Source: Oculina patagonica
Lineage: Eukaryota
NCBI RefSeq assembly: GCF_052425735.1
Contig: NC_135763.1
Location: 33,294,001 to 33,358,000 of the forward strand
Length of the DNA stretch: 64,000 bases
Reading direction: 5' to 3'
In this document: positions 12,301 through 22,500 of the stretch, piece after piece
Numbering within the stretch: position 1 is the stretch's first letter
Layout: each line of letters opens with the position of its first letter
Notes under the pieces: generated by a model
The model's input: the letters and a program-made list of their open reading frames with translations, nothing else
Databases searched by the model: none
What the model was told of the DNA's origin: nothing
Translations under genes and position numbers: made by a program

Positions 12301-15300
12301 GCACAACCGGAAGTACGCCCTCGGAGGCTACAGTCTTGTTGTATAAGTGATATGAAGGTGAACCATCAACCGGAACTGAAACTTCCGGGTAAATTGCTTC
12401 ATTTGCTATTTCGTTAATTGCTATAAGTGGAGCAGTGCCTTGATATTCTACTTTAGGGTAGGTATAATTATTGTGTGGCACTAATTTTGAAGTGTCTGGC
12501 ACTGATGTAGGAGCGTCCTCCCATCCTTTAAATGGATTTACTGTTGGCTGTGCTGTTGCTGGAATGAATTTTGCAACTTTTTCTGTTTTCAGCGTTGCTG
12601 CTTCTGTAGATAAAACAAAAAGGGTTTCGTTAAGCCCTGGCCAAACGGTAACGCAAGTGGACGCAAGTAATCGTTTGGTGGCCAAACGAACTCGCAAGTT
12701 TACTTGCAAGTGCACGCAAGTTGTCAAAAAAAAAAAACATTTCAATGCTACTGCGCGCGCTGCAATACAGTTGACTTGCGTTGGGTGGCCAAACGGTGAA
12801 AAACCTAGGTAGACTTGCGTGCAATTTTTAAATTTCGACAAAAGTGAACGCAAGTGCATGTAAGTCCTGGCCTATCGGAGACGCCAATGGACGCAATTTA
12901 AAAACTGGCGTCTACTTGCGTCTTCGTTTGGCCAGGCCATTAAATAAAGCAAAAATCGAGGGAAAAGAGATATAGAATATGTCAGTCTTAGTACTCCCAT
13001 CCAAACAAAACAGCCGCCAAAATGGCAACAAATAATCTGCCGCACGAAATATTCCTTGAAAAAGATTTAAGTGTTAAGATTTGTTGAGTACAGCCGTGCG
13101 AGCAAACGTGCAGTCAAGCGCTTAGCACACATTAGACTGTAGACCAAGTAACGTTATGTTGTACCCACCGTTGCCACAATGTCCACACAGTTTTGGACAA
13201 TTCAGGTTTATCCAGTCAAATGACTCGCAATGATCCTTTCCGTACATTGCGCATGCGTTCTGATCGACACACCACGAATCTGAAAGAAAACCCCAAGGCA
13301 TCCATTTAGTGTCGCACTATCAGCATACCGTATTGTGTTAAAATGCCTAATGATGTACCACTCTCTAAGATAGCTCTTAAAGAAGTTTAACGCTTTTTTC
13401 TTGTATTTTAGTTTGATACGATCGTTATACGGCAAACGGCAAACGCGCTAGGCTCGATTTCCAGCCGCTTTTCTGGAAAATGAGCCCGCGCTCCTCTCTC
13501 GGGGAGGAACAAAGACCGGACTCGAGGAGGCGGCGGAAATCAAGCCTACAAACGCGCTTGCCTTTCATTTTGTTTTCTTTTTATCGAATTCTTAATTTAA
13601 ATGAATCCCTCATAAAAATGGAGAAATAAAATCCCACATTCACGACAAACACAAAACTACCATTTGCGCGTACAAACGCCGAACGGCAGACGGCAGAAGT
13701 TGATTTTTTTCCGTTCGCGGGAAAAATAAACGTCATGCTTAATCTCTCCGAATAGCCACGTGCGCTACGTATAAGTAACGTGTGTAAGAAATGTGTATGG
13801 ATGCAGGCCACAGTTAGAAGTCAGCCATGGATTATATTTAACCCTCTGGTAAGTTTGAGATTGGCCAAACATAGAAATGAAGAACACATTGAAATTTACA
13901 GAGTTCGTTAATGACAATTAAATTCAAACTTTTTTGTTAAGTTTGATGCGAACGATAGACGCTGTTCACAGGACACATTTAATAAAGCCCGGTTTTCACT
14001 AGGGACGCAAGCACAAGCGCAAGGATAACAGCTCTTATTTTACCATGAAAACGGCTTCGACGCAATCATAGGCACATTTGCTGGATCGATTTTTTTCCTT
14101 TTCTCGTACTAGCGCTTGTGCTTGTGTCGCTGGTGAAAATTATTGATTATCCACCGCAAAGCCGAATGACCCAAAATCCAGCTATCCTTTTTTCGCAAAT
14201 GCATGAACTTACTACAGAAGCTTGTTTCATTTAAAGAAAAAATCTATAATGTTTTTCATTATTTGTTAAACGTTAAATTTTGGAGCCGGTAGGGTTCGAA
14301 CAAACGCTTCTTGTGGGGTCTTCCTGGATTCGAGTTACACCTGGTTTCAGATGCGGTTTGCGTTTGATGTCAGTTTCCGTTTCCGTCTAATCTCACATAC
14401 GTTTTCTTAAGGAGCAGTTCTCCCGTCTTCTTTAAAAATGATATTTCTAGCTGAAAATCCCATCTGGGGAGCTAGGCCATTTAATTAGTTTTCTCATTAT
14501 AAACATGGTTTATTTATTCAACTATGAAAGATGCCAGTTCGGTGTTACTTGTCGTAGGCGAAACTGTGAAACAGTTTCAAAAATCTTACGTTATATCATG
14601 AGTTTTTTCCAGTTTCTTCATGTTGACTAAACGTTCGTTCGCGACAATGGGAAATCTAAGCACAAATCATCGTATTTTGTTTTAAGTTCATAATGTTGTG
14701 AAATCTAAATTCCTCTTATCTATTTTCTCCGAAAAGTGGAGTTTTTTTCACTTTCAAAACAGTGAATCAGCGAATGTTACTTTTAGCACTTTCAGCTAAA
14801 ATAAATCGATCGGAAAGGCGTATCAGTTTTTACAGTGAAAATCATAAAACCGTGAACACTTTTATTAATCTTGGAAATGAAAATTGTTGCAGAAAACTAT
14901 CGAATGATAGCTCAAAATGGCGGAAAATGTTAAAACATGGACAGTGATGGAGTCAAGAGTTTTTTATGGAACAGTTTGAAAACTAGTTTCTCTAATTTTT
15001 CTTTCTAAGTATAATTCAAGTGTTCACGGTTTTCGTATTTTCACTGTTACTCAGTTGTCTATTAAAATGTTAATCTTAACTCCGTTATTTCATTAGAAGC
15101 GCTAGAGCCAGTCAAAAACTGGTTTTGCTCGCTAGCGACTTACGCTCCGGAACATTTGCGACGGTTTCAAAATATGTTTTACTCGAAAACATCTCCAATA
15201 ATACATATTCATAAAGACAGTTGATCTTTGGTTTTGAAAGCAGCTTGTATTTTGCAGGTAAACTGCTAATCGCCTTCACGGTTAGCTGACTGAGCTACAG

Positions 15301-16076
15301 ATGCGTTCAAGCATGTCTTGCGAATTCATTTAAATGATTGTGGCCAATGATATATTGACAGATTTTAACGAAAACCCATTGAATGACTTTCCACTAGATA
15401 AACTCTCAAAATCGTCAATACAAGGACTCAAGCGAAAGGAGTTTTTTGCGCAAAACTTTTGCAAGTTAGAAAATTGCTTAATCTGGTGGCACTATTGATA
15501 ACAGTGTTAGACCAGTTCTTTTTTGTCTTTTGAAAGTATATATTCATCAAATATTTAAATACAGGCGGGAAACGAAAAATGTCAAAAATTTTAAAACTGT
15601 TAAGAAAAAAACCTAAATTCTTAAATATAGCGAAAATGTATTTGTCATAAAGCTAAAAATGTTAAAGCTAAATCACAAATATTCTTTAATAAATTTCCCT
15701 ATTAAAATTCCCCTGCTTTTTATTTCGCGCTGAAAACGTCATAATTAACCAAAACGTCTCCATCTTTATTATAGCATGATAGAGTTTTAGGTAGAATTGG
15801 TCGATTTCTTGTTCTTCGTTTTCATTTTCTCTCTTATAATTTCAACATTATCAAAAGTATAAGGCGTTACTACATTTACTTACGCTATCCAACTGCAATA
15901 TTAGACAGTTGAACAGTTTAAATTAGTCAAATCCTACATTAGATAAAAACACATATTTTCTTCCAAGAAAAAGAATTTTACGTGTAGCAGAAATAGCAGA
16001 ACTTACCGTCCGAAGCTGTGATAACTTGGACAAAGTATACCACAGCAATAATGTGTATCCGCCCCAAATTCGCCAT
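181..16076 (-). CDS. Gene F (3' end outside window): large secreted mosaic protein, SP - P/E/V/T-rich region - beta-rich module - 3x ShKT - vWC - FN2 - T/S-rich - TSP1; >908 aa
   Basis: Manual join (minus): 16007-16076, 11563-12603, 8078-8470, 7600-7704, 7137-7238, 4009-4041, 3515-3622, 3218-3271, 2752-2790, 2355-2537, 1690-1866, 1065-1301, 181-363. All GT-AG, all internal exons 3n, phase 1-1, frame open throughout. Probable 5'UTR exon donor at 16797 and acceptor at 16173. Confidence 0.85.
443..635. mobile_element. Palindromic MITE-like repeat
   Basis: Imperfect inverted ends (ccatttcccaattaccctttgcctctctatcaaaacgag / ctcgttttaaaacagagtcaaagggtaacttggaagtgg). Confidence 0.55.
1065..1301 (-). 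CDS. Gene F exon: Thr/Ser-rich mucin-like linker
   Basis: GDTRETTEAPKTTKFTSTERQETTSGTQAASESTSVTE...PMPSTFA; ttccag/ and /gtaaga; 237 nt. Confidence 0.82.
1484..1685. mobile_element. MITE (GGGC..GCCC ends, TAA/TTA flanks; PIF/Harbinger-like)
   Basis: taagggcgaattcaacggtac ... gtaccgtgtaaatcgtcggccctta; abuts the FN2 exon donor. Confidence 0.55.
1690..1866 (-). CDS. Gene F exon: fibronectin type II (FN2) domain
   Basis: GGTSKGACCVFPFIYHGTQYFECT...PWCATTSNYDIDGMWGHC; 177 nt, phase 1-1. Confidence 0.92.
2355..2537 (-). CDS. Gene F exon: von Willebrand factor type C (vWC) domain
   Basis: CYYDGILHEHGERWSPGPCTPECKCDDGKIRCTLIECPELSCSNPVKKRWKCCPEC (10 Cys, CCPxC end); 183 nt. Confidence 0.92.
2752..2790 (-). 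CDS. Gene F micro-exon (linker ANETKVVRPPGQA)
   Basis: 39 nt, ttag/ and /gtaagt, keeps frame. Confidence 0.7.
3218..3271 (-). CDS. Gene F small exon (APTQAPVGLVAPTAPPTH)
   Basis: 54 nt, tttag/ and /gtaaga, phase 1-1. Confidence 0.75.
3515..3622 (-). CDS. Gene F exon: ShKT domain 3
   Basis: CASKDHEDCNTYPMYACHNEWLIRNCKRKCGLC; 108 nt. Confidence 0.88.
4009..4041 (-). CDS. Gene F micro-exon (GLENLGKDQTE)
   Basis: 33 nt, ttttag/ and /gtgaga, keeps frame. Confidence 0.6.
4182..4621. mobile_element. Non-autonomous TIR element
   Basis: ggggggtgaatagg ... cctattcacccccc, with internal (c/a)gattt repeats. Confidence 0.55.
5290..6801 (-). mobile_element. Decayed DNA transposon with about 190-bp imperfect TIRs and an internal pseudo-ORF remnant
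   Basis: 5290-5470 is the reverse complement of about 6620-6801. The minus strand 5900-6250 gives YVRAMAISGEE..VYQLYEKTCQSVDVLCYEIH..GKVKPEVLPP..NVTRGNFQATI*RRA with stops and frameshifts, resembling the LPP..H..RANYQ..IW motif of XPG/PIN-like (Academ-type) transposon proteins. Family assignment is from memory and is inference. Confidence 0.65.
6827..6903. mobile_element. Short palindromic non-autonomous element
   Basis: ctcgttccct(gc)agggtct ... agaccctgggaacgaggttg. Confidence 0.55.
7137..7238 (-). CDS. Gene F exon: ShKT domain 2
   Basis: CKDNPECSRYSTESCENAWMKTNCKKKCGFC; 102 nt. Confidence 0.9.
7600..7704 (-). CDS. Gene F exon: ShKT domain 1
   Basis: CNDKSECSRYALNQCNDEWVQLNCPRKCQFC; 105 nt. 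Confidence 0.9.
8078..8470 (-). CDS. Gene F exon: beta-strand-rich uncharacterised module
   Basis: KPVLVNIKGENGKPVLADETTNKAPMVETIVVKLPANIK...HINVSMSHGTTILEIPEG; ttacag/ acceptor, weaker /gtcgcg donor; 393 nt. Confidence 0.8.
9155..9310 (+). mobile_element. tRNA-like repeat (SINE-related)
   Basis: Box A TAGCTCAGTTGG and box B GGTTCGATTCC within 9233-9307; no clean anticodon or acceptor arm. Confidence 0.6.
11563..12603 (-). CDS. Gene F large exon: P/E/V/T-rich region with internal IxISF repeats
   Basis: 1041 nt inside ORF 11555-12859; tctacag/ and /gtaagt. Confidence 0.88.
12634..12939. mobile_element. TTAA-flanked MITE with internal acgcaagt/acttgcgt repeats
   Basis: ttaa|gccctggccaaacg ... 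cgtttggccaggcca|ttaa. Confidence 0.7.
13449..13548. mobile_element. 100-bp TIR element with a 9-bp TSD
   Basis: TIR taggctcgatttcc / ggaaatcaagccta; TSD caaacgcgc at 13440-13448 and 13549-13557. Confidence 0.75.
16007..16076 (-). CDS. Gene F first coding exon: signal peptide
   Basis: MANLGRIHIIAVVYFVQVITASD then /gtaagt, phase 1. Confidence 0.8.
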
Positions 16077-19000
16077 TGCTAGTTGCTTTTATCCGCTGCT
16101 AGTTGAAATCCCGTTCCTCTCAATCGAGAGGAATCTAAATCTTGTCTTCCCTCCTGCTCTCTTGCGTTGAATCTGCCGTAAAAATGAAAAACAGAACTTA
16201 ACGTATGGCTTAAAACCAAATCTTCATCATGACAGCGTCCCGGAAGTGGGATATGACTAAACGAAGGCGAAGTTTTGATAAAGTTGTGTTGATGGTACCA
16301 TTTCACAACCCGTATTCTTGAATGGTGCTGTATTGATTCTTTCAAATGTTAGGTAACCAGTAGTCATCATAGGAAAGTTTACGTTCAAAGATTGAAAATT
16401 ATCAGAACCGATTTGAAATTACTTACAAACTACTTTCGCTTTTTCGGGAAAATAATTCTTAAATCAAAAGACTTTTATTCGTCATCTGTTTCAAGTACCC
16501 AACGTCTTGCTTATCACATCAACTCTTCGACGCGTATTTTACGATTATGAAATACGCGACCATGAAATAAGAAAGTTATTTTTGAGTTTCTATTGAGAGT
16601 TTCGTTTCACGTCGTAAAATATTGTTCGTTCTTATATAGCTTAAATACATTTGCCTTCGCCAGTTTAAAAAGCGAAGGTTCAATTTGCCAGTTAAAGATC
16701 AGCTATACAAGACAAGTTGGAAATATAAAACAGACTCTACTGTCTCTTGTGAAAACAATAGAGATGAAAAATAATTAAGAAGAATATTACATCTTACCTT
16801 CGAAAGCGGCCAAGTAAAAAAAATCCTCCTCGAAACAATTATGTTATCAGCGCATTGAATTCTACCTCCATTTCGTTGTATCGTAGATCGACATTTCCTC
16901 ACCGAAACTACGACCGGCAAATAATTAATTCTTTTGTTAACAAAAATGCGAGCTTGCGATTCGCGCATGCGTATTTCGCAAGCCACGTATATAATCAAAT
17001 AAGGCACCGACTGCCTGCACATGCTCTGTGTCTTGTTTCTATGATTTGACGGGTGGACCAATTACAGAACTCTCATCATTTCTGGTAGTGTCACAGCAAA
17101 CACAGAAACCGGAAGCCGCGAATTTTATTGCCCAGTTGACAGGTTTATAACACGGTTTTGGAATGGCTTTTTTCTATCACAGTTACGTAACAAAACCGCT
17201 GCGAAAGGGAGGTTTCTGTTGATATTCAGTTTTATATCCTGCATTCGCTAGCCTTAGATAAATTTACAGTTGAAGAGTATCACTTCACGGATAAGGCAAT
17301 CTAAATAATCAGATAATGAAAGCTGACGTTTTGAAAGCACTTCATTTAATTCAGTTCAACTTTAGCATAACAAGCCCTGAATAGGTTTTAATTAATGGAA
17401 TCAATTTCTTTCAGTTTTATTTTGACAGAATCGAGACTTGAGGAATCAAGCTATTTTGTTTAACTCTTTAGCCAATTAATAGTTTTAAGTTTACCGTCAA
17501 CATCATCTTTTCATTTGTGTTTTTTTAATTCACTTAGCTTAAGCGAGTAGTTTCTCTTTTCCTCGATCGTGAAACGAACGTCGAACGACAAGCGAAAACT
17601 GCAAGCGAGAAAACTGATGGCCTCTTAATTCACCACTGAGCTGTTTTTAACTTTTGGTGATTGTAAATCATTTGATTTGATTTTAGGGTGATCGATTGAA
17701 AAGCATGCTAAGACGAAATTAAGGTAGATCATTTTAGATGGCGTTTCGATTGTTGAGCCTTCGTCAAATTAGACTTAAATTCGTCTTCTTTTGCACGTAA
17801 CTTTCTAGCTGAAATCAGTCTTATCATATTGCATTTAGTAGTTGACAAAGATCAAAGATCAAGAATAAACTGGTGTGTTTGTGTTAGCTGTGTTTAACCG
17901 ACAGGTTAAGTATTTTATTAACGTATACACTTCACAATAACGCGTATTAGTACAATTTATGGGATTAAATTGTTTATTTGTCCTGATTGCCGGTTGACTT
18001 ATGATATGGCAAACGTGCTAATGTGTAGTGCACTTAACCACAAATCTTCACTAGGCTTTACAAGCAAGTTGGGAATTTGACTCGGCTTTGGCTTCTGCTT
18101 AGCAGTTCTCTAACCATGAAACGCAAGTAGGTTACCGGAGTGTGTGTAAATGATAGGCAGTACTTCCTCTGTTATTTTAAGACGTTGATTGTTGGTATGG
18201 CCACCTCGGCCCAAGACCCCCCGCTCGGCTGCAAACTGGTTCCCGACCTAAGCCAAGCAAGAGGTGGTTTTGGCAGGCTGCACGATTGAGACTTTAACGT
18301 GTTATATCATTTGAAGGTTAAATTATTTTTTTTAATTTCACACTGTTATGTTACGATAACTGGAGGAACGCCAATTAATTCCGGAACGAGCTAACAAAAG
18401 GTTGTACTACTTTAACAGTGTCTGACTCATGCTCCACGTTCTTTTTGACATAACTCACCCGGCTTTCCTGAATAAGTCAATGAAACACAGTGAAAGCAAG
18501 TAGAAGTTGAAGAAATCTGTTTTGAACTTCTATATTTTTTAAAGCTGGCTTTTCACATAAAGAGGTGACTGCATTATGGCTTAACCCTGTGCGTACGCTG
18601 TCACCTTTCTGGGAGGGGCCGGAATGTAACTCGCATTATAGTAATAGGAATCCAAACCGATTACATGTCAATTTAAATATCACTTACTCAAGTCAATGAA
18701 ATAATATTTAGTTACAAACAAAACTTTAATGGCATATTTAACTCTTACATCTCAGTTTTACGTTTGAGTTTCAAAAGAGAGCGGAAATTGTCTTTCTTTA
18801 GTAATATCACCAAATGAATCGAGCTTCTGGTCTCTTTCAATTAAACGTCACTTCTGGACAGCAATGAGTGCTTAATCAAAGACAAAAATGACAGTTACAC
18901 AACTCCAAGATGAGAAAAGAAATGTCAGGTATTAGAAACACCTGCGTATACTGGCACTTTCTCGCATTTTTAAAGAAATTAAAATAGCTTTAAAAAGTTA

Positions 19001-19084
19001 CAAAACGCACTGTCAAACGTTCTTGTTTTGAACGTCATTTAATGATTCCTCACAGTTCACAAAAACCACTATGTACTTCATGTC

Positions 19085-19575
19085 CTATCCCGTGTAGTAT
19101 GACCCAGGATACCCGCCGTTCTGATACTGCTGTTCGTTTGAATAGTAGCTGGCCTGTCCGGCGGTGTTTTGAGCCTGTGATTCACCATACTGCTGGTACG
19201 CAGTGTTATCATACCCACTGTTTCTCTGGTAACCTGTGTTATCGTACCCAGTGTTTCTCTGGTAACCTGTGTTATCGTACCCATTGTACCCTTGAGAGGC
19301 AGTGTTGTCATTGTATCCCTGAGTGTTATAAGATGGATAGCCTCCTTGCGAGTTGCTCGCTTGATCATTGTAGGGAGCCTGGTTCTGACTCTGGTAGTAG
19401 TTTGGAGACGAGGCTGCTTGGTAACCATACGACGCCTGGTTACCCTGTGCATAGTTGTTGTACAAGTCGTTTGTAGTCTGGTTACTCATAGTCTCGTTTC
19501 CTCCTGTGGTTTGATTGGCTACGGCTGGTTGGTTCCCAGCTCCTCCCGTTACCTGTTCAGTTGCGTTCGCAGCCT
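19085..19575 (-). CDS. Gene E last coding exon: Tyr/Gln/Asn/Gly/Ser-rich low-complexity tail
   Basis: 24 Tyr in the last 125 aa; GYDNTGYQRN(T/S) tandem repeat; cacag/ acceptor; TAG stop. Confidence 0.88.
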
Positions 19576-22500
19576 CTGTGATCAAAAATGAAAAAGTTCA
19601 TAACTTTTTAAATTGTTTTTTCTCTCTAAAGCTATAAAAACTGTAAGGTAAGCTTTCTATTGTGTTCCGGTCATTTGTCATGTACTGCCGGCGAAGATGC
19701 GAAACCATTTTAAAGCTTGGGTTTCGGTCTTCGAATGTTTATAAGCCGCTTAAATTAATCCAAGCGTAATATATGGATGACAGCACCCCTTGAATCCCTA
19801 AAAAACGTATTGAAATTTCTCAAACAAGAAGCAAAACTCTTCATGCACAAGTTTACCGTTGGTCCTGTTCAGAGTCTCGTTAGCTTTTCCAAACCAATAC
19901 TCTGTCGTTGAAATGTTGTGATTCGCGTTAATCTCTGTTGTCGTCAGCTGATGTACAGCTTGACCGGGTTGCAGACCTGGAGCCTGGGTCTGCCCTGGGG
20001 TAAGAGTTGTCTGCGAAACCGGAAAAGGATATCCGGGGATTGCGCCTTCTACTGGACTCGGTGCCGGGACTGGCTGTGGTGATGGTACTAGGGCTGGCTG
20101 TGGTGCTGGCACTTGGGTAGGCTGTGGTGCTGGCACTTGGGTAGGCTGTTGAGCTGGTTGTTGGGTAGGCTGTGGAGCTGGTTGTTGGGTAGGCTGTGGA
20201 GCTGTTTGCAGGGTTTGCTGTGGAGCGGGCTGTTGAGTGGGCTGAGGTGCTGGTTGCTGGGTTACCTGTGGTACCGGCCCAGGTAATACAGGCGTGCTCG
20301 CACCGGCTGCTGTTACTCCAAGGGATGGAGTCGGTACAGATCCTTGTCCTGGCACTACGGACTATTACAAAATTGTCATTATTAATGAATCATCCAAAAC
20401 TGACTTAATGTAATTTTAATTCCTCTATTTCATTTAGCCTGCCGGTAAAGCAGGCGTATTTTGTTGGGCGAATGCTGAATATTAAGATTGGTATAACTAA
20501 AAAAGCCTGAAGTAAGAAGGAGAAGTGGACTAGGGAGGGTGTAGTGGGAATAGGCCTTTCTCGATTATGCTAGTAAAACTGGCATTTAATGCTACTAGAA
20601 ATTCTCGCATAAAGCCAAAAAAATGCTAAAATAATGCCTGGTTTTCTTAAAAAATGCCACTTGATTTCCAAAAAATGCTTTATTTTATTTCAAACAAAAC
20701 GTACAAACTTTCACATTATATGCTCATATCAACAACAGGTGATACTTAATAATTGTTTGTTTATAAAAAAAATAAAAAAAATATTTATTTTTTTAAAAAT
20801 AAATAAAAAATAAAAAAAACACACAAGTAACACAACACAAATACACAAGTAACACAACGCACAAACAGTCGAAACAGACAGAAAACAATCAAATTATGTA
20901 ATCAAAATTGAGAAACTTTAGGATTATTTATCCTTCTGAGTTCTGAGTGCTGAAAATCTGGATCACAGTCATGAAAAGTGACAGAAAATGCTAGCAATTC
21001 TTTTTTGAAGAAAAAACGAAAAAAAATGCTCGTTTTCCCAAAAAATGCCGAAAAAAATGCTAGCATAATCGAGAAAGGCCTAAGTGGGAATGTCCCTCCC
21101 CTCTTACACCCTGCACCTTTTCGCTCCGTTTTTCTTCTGGAATCCAAGATGGCGGATTTAAACAACGCGAAACATATTTGCCCAGAAAAGAAACGCTTTA
21201 TACTTAGCTTAAAACCCTTAATATTTATTATTTGTATTATTTATTTGTATTAGATACAAATAAAATGTCTCACTGTTTTCTTCCCAGTTTGTATTGATAC
21301 TGAGCCGCAAATGTGTTAACATGTTCAAAAGTAGCATGGACGTTTTCTTTTCCCTTTCAGTTGTAAAAAAGTAGGCGCAAAAACACCAGAACTAAACAGC
21401 ATACTTTTTAAGAAACTTCTTTCCTTTTACCTGTCCTGGCTGAGGGGCTGTGGGTGCTACAGCAACTGACGTCCCTAACACGGGCGCTGTCTGACTGCTG
21501 GCTCCTGGTACCACAGAAGCACCAGCTCCAGCCGGAACAACACCACTCGCCTGAGGTACCACAGGGAGTCCAGCACTCAGAGAAGGAGATGGTATTGAAG
21601 TTGCTGCAGGGAGCACTCCAGATGCATTGGCTGCGGGTGATGGTTGAACAACAGGAGAGGCAGCGGCAGCGCTGGCATTTGATGCTGGTGACGATGCAGC
21701 TGGTACAACTCCGCTGGCCGAAGGCTGGACACCAGTAGAAGCGTTTGGTGATGTCACTGACGCTGTTGCTGCCGGCACGGGTTCTGATGCATTACCTGCG
21801 GGTGTGGTCACGTTTGACTCCGGTGTCGCTGGATTGGGATTTGAAACGTTCTGTGCCGGCTCATTTTCGTTTGTAAGACTGCTGGCCACATTGTTTGCTA
21901 TGTTGGAAACAAGAGCATCTGTGTTGTCTTGTTGATTAATCTTGTGATTAGCGTTTCCTTTGTGTTGTCTGAATCTTAATGCTTTTTGGGAATCACCTTT
22001 ATCTGAAAAAATTATAAAACAAATAGCGAGACTAAATGCATAAGACGTGCACTATAACAGATTGTACATTTACATTAACAATGCCGGTGTTTATCTTTAG
22101 TTTCCGTAGCGTGAAGCAATTGCACCCCTCCCCCTTTACCACAACAAACCATCGGTACGCATTTTTAAACTAAGTCGAACGAGGGGCTCTGTGAGAGTGA
22201 CTGCTATGAACACTTGATGAGGACACTGGCTGTGCAGTACACTCCAACTTTTAACAAGCTATAAGCCATTATAGACAATCGTAGCTGCGGAAGGGTTTCT
22301 TACATGCATTGTGACCAACTTTATCACCAGCTGTTGAGACATCTTACATATATAGCGATCTACATCTACCAATTACAATACTACTCTTCGTGTGAAAATC
22401 ACCAAGCTAGTTCCTGATTTACAAGTTAAATCTAGTAAACGTTTTTAAAGTTTCGCCAATTTTGTCAAGTTGTAGAATGAGTGTGTGGACATTTTGTCTT

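Noticed and set aside
11946-12350. Plus-strand ORFs over exons (also 8203, 19292, 41651, 47020, 49578, 55842)
   Set aside because: Antisense shadows of minus-strand low-complexity exons with no splice or domain support
12604-12859. N-terminal 85 aa of the 434-aa ORF
   Set aside because: Read-through into intron and MITE upstream of the acceptor at 12604
19078-19452. Alternative-frame T/R-rich ORF
   Set aside because: Splice phase selects the Tyr-rich frame
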